From positions 1 to 52,733 of the forward strand of contig CAZTCT010000004.1 in assembly GCA_964612415.1 (NCBI GenBank): a stretch of DNA of 52,733 nucleotides, read 5' to 3'. Made by a program: the position numbers and the translations under genes. Position 1 is the stretch's first letter, and the number at the start of each line of letters is the position of its first letter. Under the pieces are notes generated by a model. The model did not search any database. It was not told the origin of the DNA and saw only the letters and a program-made list of their open reading frames with translations. Of this stretch, positions 34,652 to 44,514 are shown piece after piece. Origin of the DNA: an uncultured Candidatus Saccharibacteria bacterium. GTDB taxonomy: Bacteria > Patescibacteriota > Minisyncoccia > Phycocordibacterales > CAYRGE01.

Positions 34652-35947
34652 GTGCACATGAATGACGCTCTTGTTATTGAAGGACTTGCCGGGAAGCGTG
34701 CACTAAGCGGCACTATCACTGTTTCCGGGGCAAAGAATGCAGCTCTCAAAACCTTTGCCGCAACACTCCTCTTTAAAGACTCGGTTACGATAGAAAATGT
34801 TCCTGACATAGAAGACATTAAGCGCATGGCGGATCTTTTAGGCGATCTCGGCGCTTCGCTTGAGCGGAAAAATCATCACACGTACATTATCAAGACGCCA
34901 GAGAAAATCCGTACCGAACTCGCGAACAGTATTTCCAAGCGCATGCGGTCCTCTATTTTGTTGATCGGACCATTACTTGCACGGTTTGGTAGTGTCTCGT
35001 TTCCGCACCCAGGAGGGTGTGTTCTTGGCGAGCGACCAATTGATATTTTCTTGAATGGTTTTTCTCAAATGGGGGCATCAGTCAAAAAAAAGGGAAGCAC
35101 GTACTCTATGAAAGTATCTGGGAGGCTCAAGGGCGCAGAGATCTTCATGAAACTGCAAAGCGTGACCGCTACTGAGACATTTATGATGGCAGGAGTACTT
35201 GCGAAAGGGACGACGGTACTCAAAAACGCGGCCACAGAGCCTGAAATTATTGAACTCGCAGCATTTCTCAACGTATGCGGGGCGAAAATCGAAGGTGCAG
35301 GAACGCATACCATCACAATTCAAGGAGGGAATCTCCTTTCTTCAGGAGGGAAGGTGCATCGTACGATGCCTGACCGTATTGAAGCGGGAAGCTTTCTTAT
35401 TCTCGCCGCCTTGGTTGGGAAGGACATCACAATAAAAGAATGTGAGCCAAAGCATATTGAGGCGCTCATTGTTGCGTTGAGAGCAGCCGGTGTTCAGATG
35501 GAAATTAAAGGAAGTAGTATTCGTGTCCACACACTTATAAAATGGAAACCGTTTCGTGGCGTAAACGTGAAGACACATGAGTATCCTGGATTTCCCACAG
35601 ATCTTCAGGCGCCGATGACAGTTTTCTTAACACAAACAAAAGGAGAGAGTTTGGTGTTTGAAACGATTTTTGAAGGACGGCTCAATTATACGGAGGCGAT
35701 CAATTCAATGGGTGCTGATATCACCATGATGGACCCGCACAGAGTTTTGGTGCACGGTCCGACACCTCTGCGTGGCAAAAAACTCGAAAGTCCTGACATT
35801 CGGGCAGGACTCGCATTCCTTATCGCTGCGTCTATCGCAAAAGGGCGTTCAACAATAGATAATGTATACTACATTGACCGTGGATATGAGCGCATAGAGG
35901 AACGGCTTTCCGCCCTTGGGCTCAATATCAAACGCATTCAAAAGTAA
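34652..35947 (+). CDS. murA: UDP-N-acetylglucosamine 1-carboxyvinyltransferase
   Basis: SGAKNAALK, catalytic-loop GGCVLGERPID, full length 431 aa. Confidence 0.95.
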   Translation: MHMNDALVIEGLAGKRALSGTITVSGAKNAALKTFAATLLFKDSVTIENVPDIEDIKRMADLLGDLGASLERKNHHTYIIKTPEKIRTELANSISKRMRSSILLIGPLLARFGSVSFPHPGGCVLGERPIDIFLNGFSQMGASVKKKGSTYSMKVSGRLKGAEIFMKLQSVTATETFMMAGVLAKGTTVLKNAATEPEIIELAAFLNVCGAKIEGAGTHTITIQGGNLLSSGGKVHRTMPDRIEAGSFLILAALVGKDITIKECEPKHIEALIVALRAAGVQMEIKGSSIRVHTLIKWKPFRGVNVKTHEYPGFPTDLQAPMTVFLTQTKGESLVFETIFEGRLNYTEAINSMGADITMMDPHRVLVHGPTPLRGKKLESPDIRAGLAFLIAASIAKGRSTIDNVYYIDRGYERIEERLSALGLNIKRIQK

Positions 35948-35948
35948 C

Positions 35949-36962
35949 ATGTCTTTTTTCTCTCCAAAACTCGGTATTGACCTTGGTACTGCAAACACAC
36001 TTGTGTATGCGCCGGGGAAGGGCGTAGTACTCAATGAGCCATCGGTTGTTGCGGTATCTGAGCAGGATAACAAAGTCTTGGCGGTGGGGCTTGAGGCAAA
36101 AGAAATGATCGGACGCACGCCGGACTCAATCGTTGCGTATCGTCCTATGAAGGATGGAGTGATTGCGGATTATCGAGTAACCGAAGCGATGCTCAAATAC
36201 TATATCGGCAAAGCGCTCGGCAAGATGAATATTTTTAAACCAGAAGTCATGGTGTCGGTGCCTGCAGGAGTTTCATCCACAGAACGCCGCGCTGTTATTG
36301 AAGCGTGCGTAAAGGCGGGGGCAAAAAGTGCACACGTAGTGAAAGAGCCGATCTTGGCGGCTATTGGTGCGGGCATTCCTATTTATGAGGCGCGTGGACA
36401 TATGGTGGTAGATATCGGAGGTGGCACTGCGGATGTCGCGGTGATTTCGCTTGGAGGTATCGTGTCTTCTACTTCAGTAAAGTGTGCCGGAGACAGGATA
36501 AATACTGCAATCGCAGACTATATAAAGAAGACCTTTAATTTGGCAGTTGGTGAAAAGACATCAGAAGATATCAAGATCACCGTTGGGTCAGCTATTCCTC
36601 TTGATGAAGAACTTTCTATGACGATCAAAGGGCGCGACTTTGTCTCTGGCTTGCCTCGTAGCACTGAGATCACTACCAATGAGGTGGTAAAAGCGATTGA
36701 TAAAGAACTTCGTGAAATCATTAAAGCGATCAAAGATGTGTTGCAGGAAACTCCACCAGAGCTTGCAGCAGACATTATTGATCAGGGCATCATCATGACT
36801 GGCGGGTCCTCTCAACTTCGCAATTTTACCGAGCTCGTATACAGGCGCACGGGTGTTAAGGCACGTCTCGCTGAAGACGCGCTCTATTGTGTAGCGAAAG
36901 GTACTGGCATCGCGCTTGAGCACTTGGATGTATACAAGAAGAGTGTGATGGCAAAGCAGTAG
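35949..36962 (+). CDS. mreB: Rod shape-determining actin homolog MreB (paralog 1)
   Basis: LGIDLGTANTLVY, VDIGGGTADVAVISLGG, IIMTGGSSQL. I moved the start to MSFFSPK, 1 nt after the murA stop. Confidence 0.9.
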   Translation: MSFFSPKLGIDLGTANTLVYAPGKGVVLNEPSVVAVSEQDNKVLAVGLEAKEMIGRTPDSIVAYRPMKDGVIADYRVTEAMLKYYIGKALGKMNIFKPEVMVSVPAGVSSTERRAVIEACVKAGAKSAHVVKEPILAAIGAGIPIYEARGHMVVDIGGGTADVAVISLGGIVSSTSVKCAGDRINTAIADYIKKTFNLAVGEKTSEDIKITVGSAIPLDEELSMTIKGRDFVSGLPRSTEITTNEVVKAIDKELREIIKAIKDVLQETPPELAADIIDQGIIMTGGSSQLRNFTELVYRRTGVKARLAEDALYCVAKGTGIALEHLDVYKKSVMAKQ

Positions 36963-36970
36963 AAAGCCTC

Positions 36971-37651
36971 ATGCAGGTCTTAATTGAGACATATAAAAAG
37001 AACGGGCAGCTGGGCAATGCGTATCTTTTTGAAGGAGCGCACGAAGAGGTGTTTCCTGAGCTTTTGACAACGCTCGGCACCTTGGGGTTTCAAGTAGAGA
37101 AGAATCCAGATATATGGAGTGGGGTATTTGAAAATTTGGGGATAGATGATGCACGGAATATTACAGGCATCAGTGTGGGGAGACCCTTTGCGGGGAATGA
37201 TAGATTTTTTTTGATATCCACGAACACCTTCACCCTTGAGGCTCAAAATGCGCTTCTCAAGACCTTTGAAGACGCAAAAGAAGGCGCACACTTTTTCTTG
37301 GTTGTACCAAAACGAAATATTTTATTACCTACACTTGCATCGCGTTTCGTCTTTGTGGCGAGAGATGAAGAAGAGCATAAAGGGGGAGAGCTCGCAAAAA
37401 ATTTCTTCTCATTATCAAAAGCAAAGAGGCTCAAAGTGATTGAGCCTATAGTGAAGGAAAAGGACAAGTCCGCTGCGCTCGTGTTTCTTGATGCGCTGGA
37501 GGGGGAGTCGCGCAAGGCGCGCGTGAGTGAGAAGGAGTGGTACACGAGGCTTTTTGAAGCAAAGCGTTATTTGAACACACGCGGGGCGTCGGTGAAGCTT
37601 ATCCTTGAAGGGCTTGCACTCGCTGCGCCGGCCGGGAATATTTCAAAGTAA
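36971..37651 (+). CDS. holB: DNA polymerase III delta'-like clamp-loader subunit (short)
   Basis: NAYLFEG..., FLISTNTFTLEAQNALLKTFEDAKEGAHFFLV...LLPTLASRF (SRC-like motif). 226 aa. Confidence 0.65.
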   Translation: MQVLIETYKKNGQLGNAYLFEGAHEEVFPELLTTLGTLGFQVEKNPDIWSGVFENLGIDDARNITGISVGRPFAGNDRFFLISTNTFTLEAQNALLKTFEDAKEGAHFFLVVPKRNILLPTLASRFVFVARDEEEHKGGELAKNFFSLSKAKRLKVIEPIVKEKDKSAALVFLDALEGESRKARVSEKEWYTRLFEAKRYLNTRGASVKLILEGLALAAPAGNISK

Positions 37652-37678
37652 AATAATGTGTGTTAGGATATTCTCGTT

Positions 37679-38230
37679 ATGGCATACAATTTTTCTCCGT
37701 TCAAAACTCGTCTCTCTGAAATTGAGAAATGGCTCCAGAATGAGCTTTCTTCTATTCATACTGGACGTGCCACTCCAGCGTTGCTTGATGGGATTACCAT
37801 TGAAGCGTATGGGACACGTTCTGCTATTCCGCATGTGGCATCTGTTTCAGTAGAAGATGCTCGCACGTTGCGCGTTGCTCCGTGGGACAAGTCGCATGTC
37901 AAAGAAATTGAGAAATCCATCAATGAGGCAAGTCTTGGTGTGTCTGCATCTTCTGACGCCGCAGGTATCCGTGTATTTTTCCCAGAACTCACTTCAGAGA
38001 GGCGTGATATGTTCGCAAAAATCGCTCGCGAGCGACTTGAGGACGCACGTGTTTCCGTGCGCAAAGAACGAGAAGAAACATGGAACGATATCCAGAAAAA
38101 AGAGAAGGAAGGCGGGATCTCAGAAGATGAAAAATTCCGTAGCAAAGAAGAACTTCAGAAGTTCGTTGATGAAGCAAATAAAAAACTAGAGGAGATGACA
38201 GAGCGCAAAGAGAAAGAGATCAAATCCTAA
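37679..38230 (+). CDS. frr: Ribosome recycling factor
   Basis: LSSIHTGRATPALLDGITIEAYG and the full-length family pattern. Confidence 0.95.
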   Translation: MAYNFSPFKTRLSEIEKWLQNELSSIHTGRATPALLDGITIEAYGTRSAIPHVASVSVEDARTLRVAPWDKSHVKEIEKSINEASLGVSASSDAAGIRVFFPELTSERRDMFAKIARERLEDARVSVRKEREETWNDIQKKEKEGGISEDEKFRSKEELQKFVDEANKKLEEMTERKEKEIKS

Positions 38231-38236
38231 TCGCGC

Positions 38237-39343
38237 ATGTCAGGAGTTATTACATTCATCATTATTCTTGTGGCGCTCGTGCTTTTCCACGAGTTTGGGC
38301 ATTTCATTATTGCCAAACTTTTCCGGATCCGTGTTGATGAATTTAGTATTGGATTTCCTCCCCGTATTTTCAAAAAGAAATTTGGAGAGACGACATACTC
38401 ATTAGGCGCACTCTTGCTCGGTGGGTATGTGAAGATCTTTGGTGAGTCGGGTGAAGAGGTAGAAGGGAACGAGCAAGACAAAAGTCGTAGTTTCATCGTC
38501 AAACCTCGATGGATGCAAGCAAGTGTCATTGGAGCTGGAGTACTTTTTAACTTTTTGCTTGCATGGATACTTTTGTCGTTTGGATATGTGATGGGGATGC
38601 CGCAGGCGATCGTTGATGTACCAAGAGGCGCTGTCGTGTCAGACCAAAGACTCATAATAATAGACGTAGCACCAGATTCTCCCGCCGCAGAGGCAGGACT
38701 TACTGCCGGGGATTTCATCAACAAAGTTTCTCATGGAGAGGCAGAGATTGTTTCACCTGACGCAGGTGAACTATCTGATTTCGTAAATGTGTACCAAAAG
38801 GATGGTGTGACAATTGACTATACTCGCGGGGCGGAGGAGAAGGAGGTGAGTCTCGTGCCGGTGACAGGATTTGTCGAAGGGAAGACTGCCATTGGCGTAT
38901 CGCTTGTGATGACGGGGACTGTGGCAATACATTCTCCACGAGCAATACTTGAAGGCTGGTCGCTCACACTTGAATACACCAAGCTTACTTGGGATGGACT
39001 CGTTGGGTTCTTCGGGTCACTTTTCACTGGTTCGGCAAACTTCTCAGAAATCCGCGGACCAATAGGTATTGTTGAAGTAGTGTCGGACGAAAGCGCCCTT
39101 GGTTTTGTATACCTACTTATTATCACAGCAATCATCTCTATCAATCTTGCCATCATCAATCTTATTCCTATTCCGGCGCTTGATGGAGGAAGACTCCTTT
39201 TCATATTTATAGAAGCGATAGTCAAAAAGCCAATAGGGCAGACCCGCGCCGTACTCATCGCACAAGGTGTAAGCTTCGCGCTCCTGATACTTTTACTTCT
39301 CATCGTCTCGTATCACGATATTGTGAGGATTGTGGGAGGGTAG
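38237..39343 (+). CDS. rseP: RIP site-2 metalloprotease (M50, RseP-like) with a PDZ domain
   Basis: HEFGHFIIAK zinc motif, PDZ-like DSPAAEAGLTAGDFI, and C-terminal NLIPIPALDGG. Confidence 0.9.
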   Translation: MSGVITFIIILVALVLFHEFGHFIIAKLFRIRVDEFSIGFPPRIFKKKFGETTYSLGALLLGGYVKIFGESGEEVEGNEQDKSRSFIVKPRWMQASVIGAGVLFNFLLAWILLSFGYVMGMPQAIVDVPRGAVVSDQRLIIIDVAPDSPAAEAGLTAGDFINKVSHGEAEIVSPDAGELSDFVNVYQKDGVTIDYTRGAEEKEVSLVPVTGFVEGKTAIGVSLVMTGTVAIHSPRAILEGWSLTLEYTKLTWDGLVGFFGSLFTGSANFSEIRGPIGIVEVVSDESALGFVYLLIITAIISINLAIINLIPIPALDGGRLLFIFIEAIVKKPIGQTRAVLIAQGVSFALLILLLLIVSYHDIVRIVGG

Positions 39344-39378
39344 AAAAACGGCTCAACCGATCGGTTGAGCCGTTTTTT
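39344..39378 (+). terminator. Perfect palindromic terminator (copy 2 of the repeated element)
   Basis: AAAAACGGCTCAACC-GATC-GGTTGAGCCGTTTTTT directly after rseP. It is identical over 35 nt to 30357-30391. Confidence 0.85.
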
Positions 39379-39430
39379 ATGGCTTAAAATGGTCTTTTGC
39401 TTTTTGCGGGCTTAGTGTACTATTAGCCCA

Positions 39431-40654
39431 ATGCGCCAGCGAGAACTCTTCACAAAAACAAGTAAAACTGCTCCTTCCGGCGAAGTTGCCAAGAATGCTC
39501 GTCTTCTCGTGCAAGCTGGCTTCATAGACAAACTCTCTGCCGGTGTCTACACACTACTCCCGCTTGGTCTTCGTGTTTTCAAAAACATTGAACGCATTAT
39601 TCGCGAAGAAATGATCGCAGTCGGCGGACAAGAGATTCTCATGCCGTCGCTTCATCCGAAAGAAAACTGGGAAGCTACTGGCCGTTGGGACACAATGGAT
39701 GATCTCTACAAAGTGACGGACTCTTCCGGCAAGGAGTCAGCACTTGGACCAACGCACGAAGAGATTGTGGTGCCGCTTGCAAAACAATTTATTTCTTCAT
39801 ATCGCGATCTCCCTTTTTCTGTTTTTCAGATTCAAACAAAATTTCGCATGGAACTCCGCGCGAAGTCTGGCATCTTGCGTGCCCGCGAGTTTGCAATGAA
39901 AGATCTCTACTCTTTCCATTCCAACGAAGAAGACCTGAATGTGTACTACGACAAAGTCAAAGATGCATATAAAAAAATCTTTGAACGTGCAGGTATCGGA
40001 GAGAAAACCTATCTTACTTTCGCAAGTGGCGGGTCGTTCTCAAAATATTCGCATGAGTTTCAGACGCTTACTGATGCCGGAGAAGACACTATCTATGTTT
40101 GTAGCAAGTGTCGCATTGGTGTGAATAAAGAGATAAGTCACGAACAGAAGACGTGTCCGGAGTGCGGCTCTGACAAGCTTGATAAAGAGACGGCCGTGGA
40201 GGTAGGCAACATTTTCAAATTGCGCTCCAAGTATTCAGAGCCATTTGGTCTTTCGTATAAAGATGAGAAAGGGGAGGAGCACGTTGTTGAAATGGGCTGC
40301 TATGGCATTGGGCTTGGGCGTCTCTTGGGTACCATTGTAGAAGTACTCGCAGACGAGAAGGGTCTTGTCTGGCCACAAGAGATCGCGCCATTCCGTGTGC
40401 ACCTGCTCTCGCTTGGCAAAGACGCCGAAGCAGAAAAAGTTTATAATGAGCTCTCGTCTTCCGGGATATCGGTACTTTTTGACGATAGGGATGTCAGCGC
40501 GGGGCAGAAATTTGCAGATGCGGATCTCCTCGGTATTCCGTATCGCGTAGTAATTAGCGAGAAAAGTCTTAACGGAGGTGGCGCAGAAGTTAAAGCGCGC
40601 TCCTCTTCACAAAGCGAAATCGTACCTCTAGAAAAAATAACATCACAATTTTAG
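39431..40654 (+). CDS. proS: Proline--tRNA ligase, short form lacking the INS editing domain, with a CxxC...CxxC insert
   Basis: Class II motif 2 FRMELRAKSGILRAREFAMKDLYSFH, motif 3 MGCYGIGLGRL, and a C-terminal anticodon-binding domain. The 407-aa length leaves no room for the ~180-aa bacterial INS. Confidence 0.9.
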   Translation: MRQRELFTKTSKTAPSGEVAKNARLLVQAGFIDKLSAGVYTLLPLGLRVFKNIERIIREEMIAVGGQEILMPSLHPKENWEATGRWDTMDDLYKVTDSSGKESALGPTHEEIVVPLAKQFISSYRDLPFSVFQIQTKFRMELRAKSGILRAREFAMKDLYSFHSNEEDLNVYYDKVKDAYKKIFERAGIGEKTYLTFASGGSFSKYSHEFQTLTDAGEDTIYVCSKCRIGVNKEISHEQKTCPECGSDKLDKETAVEVGNIFKLRSKYSEPFGLSYKDEKGEEHVVEMGCYGIGLGRLLGTIVEVLADEKGLVWPQEIAPFRVHLLSLGKDAEAEKVYNELSSSGISVLFDDRDVSAGQKFADADLLGIPYRVVISEKSLNGGGAEVKARSSSQSEIVPLEKITSQF

Positions 40655-40667
40655 TACATAACCTGCA

Positions 40668-41732
40668 ATGAGTATGTTTGACGGACTATTCAAGAAAATG
40701 AAGATAACGACAGGTGTGGGGGTGGATCTTGGCACTGCCAACACGCTCATTTATGTTGATGGACAGGGGATCGTGATCAACGAGCCATCTGTGGTGGCGC
40801 TCAATCAGAAGACGGGGCGTGTGGTTGCGGTAGGAAAGCAGGCGTATCAGATGCTGGGCCGTACCCCTGGGCACGTGGAAGCAGTTCGCCCGCTTGTTGA
40901 TGGTGTCATATCAAACTTTGAAGTGGCAGAAGAGATGCTTGCATATCTCATCAACAAAGCTCTCAAGATCGCAAAAAAAACCGCGCGACCCAACGTGGTA
41001 ATCGGAGTGCCCTCGGGTATTACCAATGTTGAGACAAGAGCAGTGTATGACGCGGCACGCAACGCCGGCGCCAAAGAAGTTTTTATTGTTGAAGAGCCGA
41101 TGGCTGCTGCACTTGGAGTAAAACTTGAAGTGCGTGAGCCGGTTGGCAATATGATCATAGATATTGGAGGAGGTACCACAGACATTGCGCTTATTTCACT
41201 TGGCGGTGTTGTCCGCTCAAAGAATCTTCGTATCGCGGGGGACAAATTAAACAGTGATATAATTTCCTACATCCGCGATGAGTTTAAGATCTTGATCGGT
41301 GAGCGTACTGCCGAAGGGGTCAAGATTGCGATTGGCTCTGTAGCAAAAAATGAGACACCCATGGAGGCGTCCATCCGCGGGCGCGATCTTGTGACTGGTC
41401 TGCCTCGCGAAGTAATCATTACGGACTCTGATATTAGAGAAGCTATTGCGCCTTCTATCGCAGCGCTTGTTGATTCGATCAAAGAGGTGCTTGAATCTAC
41501 TCCACCAGAAATCCTCTCCGATGTGATGCACAGAGGTATCGTACTTGTTGGAGGAGGGGCCATGCTTCATGGGCTAGATGCGCTGCTCATTGAAGTCTTA
41601 AAGGTTCCGATCCATATTGCGAACGATCCCCTGACGGCTGTCGCACGCGGGACAGGAGTTATCCTTGAGGATATAAACGCGTATCAGGATGTATTTATAA
41701 AAGAAGATGACGATGCAGTACCGCCGAGATAA
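40668..41732 (+). CDS. mreB: Rod shape-determining actin homolog MreB (paralog 2)
   Basis: VGVDLGTANTLIYV, IDIGGGTTDIALISLGG, IVLVGGGAML. It is followed by mreC, an mreD-like gene and PBP2. Confidence 0.9.
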   Translation: MSMFDGLFKKMKITTGVGVDLGTANTLIYVDGQGIVINEPSVVALNQKTGRVVAVGKQAYQMLGRTPGHVEAVRPLVDGVISNFEVAEEMLAYLINKALKIAKKTARPNVVIGVPSGITNVETRAVYDAARNAGAKEVFIVEEPMAAALGVKLEVREPVGNMIIDIGGGTTDIALISLGGVVRSKNLRIAGDKLNSDIISYIRDEFKILIGERTAEGVKIAIGSVAKNETPMEASIRGRDLVTGLPREVIITDSDIREAIAPSIAALVDSIKEVLESTPPEILSDVMHRGIVLVGGGAMLHGLDALLIEVLKVPIHIANDPLTAVARGTGVILEDINAYQDVFIKEDDDAVPPR

Positions 41733-42513
41733 TAAAAAGAAATTTTTCAAAAAGAAGACATTTATCGCGCTTGGCGTGGTCCTTTTGCTTGTAATTTTTT
41801 CCTTTACTCCCGCAGGGGGGCTAGTCTCAAGCGGGGTATATACTGTGTCGACGCCGCTTATGCATGCAGGTGATGTGACCAAAGAGGCGTGGACCACTCG
41901 CTACAGCGCATTGTTCCACGAAAAAGAAACTCTTGTTGCTGAAAATTCCGATTTAAAAACCCAACTTGCGCAGGTCTCAGCGCGCCTCCTTGATCGCAAC
42001 CTATTGTTTGAGGAGAACATGAAGCTGCGTGAAATGCTCGGACGAGATATGCAAAATTCTGTAAAAGTAACCGCACGGGTTCTTGCGGGACCTTCGCGTA
42101 CCCCATACGATACGCTGCTGATTGATGCTGGTGCGACATCGGGCGTTCAAGTGGGTGACAAGGTCTCCTCCGGGGCGAGTGCTATTATTGGAGAAGTAGC
42201 AGAGGTATATGGTTCTTCTGCAAAAATTATTCTTTATTCTTCTCCGGGTAAGCAGGTCGATGTGTTCCTTGGGGAAGATCGGGTCCCTGCGACTGCTACA
42301 GGGCGAGGTTCAGGGAATTTTGATATTCAGATTCCTCGGGATATTGCTGTATCTCTTGGCGACCCAATTGTTATTCCAGGGAGTGATATTCGTATTGCGG
42401 GCAATATTGAGCGTATTGATGATGATCCCAACAACCCTTTTAAGACGATACTCTTTAAAAGCCCAGTTAATCTCTATACTTTAGAATGGGTGGACGTACT
42501 CAAAGCAGAATAG
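41707..42513 (+). CDS. mreC: Rod shape-determining protein MreC
   Basis: N-terminal TM segment, coiled coil (ENSDLKTQLAQVSARLLD...ENMKLREML), then beta domains. The position after mreB supports the call. Confidence 0.8.
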   Translation: MTMQYRRDNKKKFFKKKTFIALGVVLLLVIFSFTPAGGLVSSGVYTVSTPLMHAGDVTKEAWTTRYSALFHEKETLVAENSDLKTQLAQVSARLLDRNLLFEENMKLREMLGRDMQNSVKVTARVLAGPSRTPYDTLLIDAGATSGVQVGDKVSSGASAIIGEVAEVYGSSAKIILYSSPGKQVDVFLGEDRVPATATGRGSGNFDIQIPRDIAVSLGDPIVIPGSDIRIAGNIERIDDDPNNPFKTILFKSPVNLYTLEWVDVLKAE

Positions 42514-42785
42514 TTCCGCGTGTCATTGCAGGGGTACTTATCTTTGCCGCAGTATTTTATGCCCCACATTGGCTCATTGCCGCGGCAATGGGAGTTATCT
42601 GTGCCTTCGTTTTCGCCAATTTTTATGAACTTCTTTTTGCGGCGCTCTTTCTTGATGTGCTCTACGGCGGTCCTCTTGCCTGGTTGGGGGGATTCGCATA
42701 TCCATTCACGCTCTTGGCCCTAGGACTTCTCCTTGTAGCAAGTACCCTTAAGACGCAACTACGCTTTAATGCTTTTCAAGATTAA
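42486..42785 (+). CDS. mreD: MreD-like small membrane protein (call is mainly positional)
   Basis: 99-aa ORF with 3 TM segments, overlapping both the mreC end and the PBP2 start. Confidence 0.5.
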   Translation: MGGRTQSRIVPRVIAGVLIFAAVFYAPHWLIAAAMGVICAFVFANFYELLFAALFLDVLYGGPLAWLGGFAYPFTLLALGLLLVASTLKTQLRFNAFQD

Positions 42786-44472
42786 AAAATTTTTTAGAAG
42801 GAGAAAATTCACAAATAAGTCGATTGACCCCGACGAGATTTTTCTTGATGCGGGGAATCTCCCACAATTCAATACACAGCAATTTGAAGGGGTACTTGAG
42901 AAGCCGATCTCAAAAAAGACCATCATTGGGGTGGGGATCGCATTTTTGCTTATAGGCATTACATATGCATATCGCGTAGGTGATTTGCAGATCGCGCAGG
43001 GGGCATCTTTTGCCGCACGTAGCGAGAATAATTCATTGCGTGAGACGCCTCTTTTTGCCAATCGTGGGATAATCTATGATCGCAATGGGGTAGAGCTTGC
43101 CTGGAATGTCCCGGGGCAAGAGACCAACATCCCCACACGCTCGTTTATTAACGCAGAAGGCTTCGGGCATATTCTTGGGTTTGTGAAGTCTCCTATGGTA
43201 GATAAAAATGGGTATTACTTCCGAGACAAGTTTGAAGGAATGGCTGGGATTGAGCTCGTCTTTAATGACATGCTCTCTGGTATTAATGGCAAGCGAATGG
43301 TAGAGACCAATGCGCTTGGAGAGGTGGTGCAGGAAAGTATCGTCGCGCAACCTTATGACGGAGAGAACATCACGCTCGCGATTGACTCCCGCATACAAGA
43401 ACAGCTTTATAAAAATATTGCTACCACTGCGCGCGATCGTGGCTTTTTAGGGGGCGGCGGGGTCATCATCGACGTGAATACCGGAGAAATTATTGCACTT
43501 ACCAGCTATCCAGAGTATAGCCCAAAGATTCTTACTGAAGGAAGTGATAATGCAAAGATATCTTCGTACTCGTCAGACTCAAGCAATCCCTTTTTGGATC
43601 GGGCGGTAGCCGGGCTCTATACACCTGGGTCTATTGTGAAGCCGTTCGTTGCTGTGGGGGCGCTTATGGAAGGGGTTATTTTTCCAGGTACCAAAATATT
43701 GAGTACAGGTTCTATTTCAGTGCCCAATCCATACGTACCAGGTGTTTTTTCTGTTTTTAAAGATTGGAAGGCGCATGGATGGGTGGATATGCGCGATGCG
43801 CTCGCGGTATCGTCTGATGTGTACTTTTATGAAGTTGGGGGCGGGTTTGAAGACCAAAAAGGGATAGGAATCGCGAATATTGAAAAGTATTCTCGTATGT
43901 TTGGGCTCGGAGAGCTCACCGGGGTATCTCTTCCGGGAGAAAAGAAAGGAGTCATTCCTAATCCAGAGTGGAAGCAGGAAGTCTTCGGAGAAGATTGGCG
44001 ACTTGGGGATACATATATCACTGCGATCGGACAGTATGGTTTTCAGTCAACGCCCATCCAGATGGCGCGTGCCGATGCCGCCATCGCCAACGGAGGGACA
44101 CTCTACATTCCACAGATCATTCACAACGCAGAGAGCGCTCGTGATGCAGTGCCAGTGCCGGATACAATATTGCAGATCGTTCGCGAGGGGATGCGACAAG
44201 CTGTTACCGCGGGTACCGCAAAGGGTCTTGATGTGTCTTATGTAGACATGGCTGCAAAAACAGGCACCGCAGAAGTTGGTCTTTCAAAACAGCAGCTCAA
44301 TTCATGGGCGACAGGCTTTTTCCCATATGAACACCCACGATATGCATTTGCGATCGTGATGGAACGCGGACCTCACGAGAACACCATAGGTGGAGTGTAT
44401 GTGATGAGACAGCTCCTCGATTGGATGTCGTACAACACACCAGAGTATTTTAAGGACGAAAACCCCCAATAG
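42769..44472 (+). CDS. mrdA: Penicillin-binding protein 2 (elongasome transpeptidase)
   Basis: SxxK GSIVKPF, SxN/D SSDVY, KTGTAE. It follows mreBCD. Confidence 0.85.
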   Translation: MLFKIKKFFRRRKFTNKSIDPDEIFLDAGNLPQFNTQQFEGVLEKPISKKTIIGVGIAFLLIGITYAYRVGDLQIAQGASFAARSENNSLRETPLFANRGIIYDRNGVELAWNVPGQETNIPTRSFINAEGFGHILGFVKSPMVDKNGYYFRDKFEGMAGIELVFNDMLSGINGKRMVETNALGEVVQESIVAQPYDGENITLAIDSRIQEQLYKNIATTARDRGFLGGGGVIIDVNTGEIIALTSYPEYSPKILTEGSDNAKISSYSSDSSNPFLDRAVAGLYTPGSIVKPFVAVGALMEGVIFPGTKILSTGSISVPNPYVPGVFSVFKDWKAHGWVDMRDALAVSSDVYFYEVGGGFEDQKGIGIANIEKYSRMFGLGELTGVSLPGEKKGVIPNPEWKQEVFGEDWRLGDTYITAIGQYGFQSTPIQMARADAAIANGGTLYIPQIIHNAESARDAVPVPDTILQIVREGMRQAVTAGTAKGLDVSYVDMAAKTGTAEVGLSKQQLNSWATGFFPYEHPRYAFAIVMERGPHENTIGGVYVMRQLLDWMSYNTPEYFKDENPQ

Positions 44473-44514
44473 GGCAAATTGACTTTTTAACCCAAAGCCC
44501 TTACTATTACCCCC

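Noticed and set aside
38227-39303. 165-aa and 161-aa minus-strand ORFs
   Set aside because: They are antisense to rseP, which has the HEFGH zinc motif and a PDZ domain. They are typical shadow ORFs.
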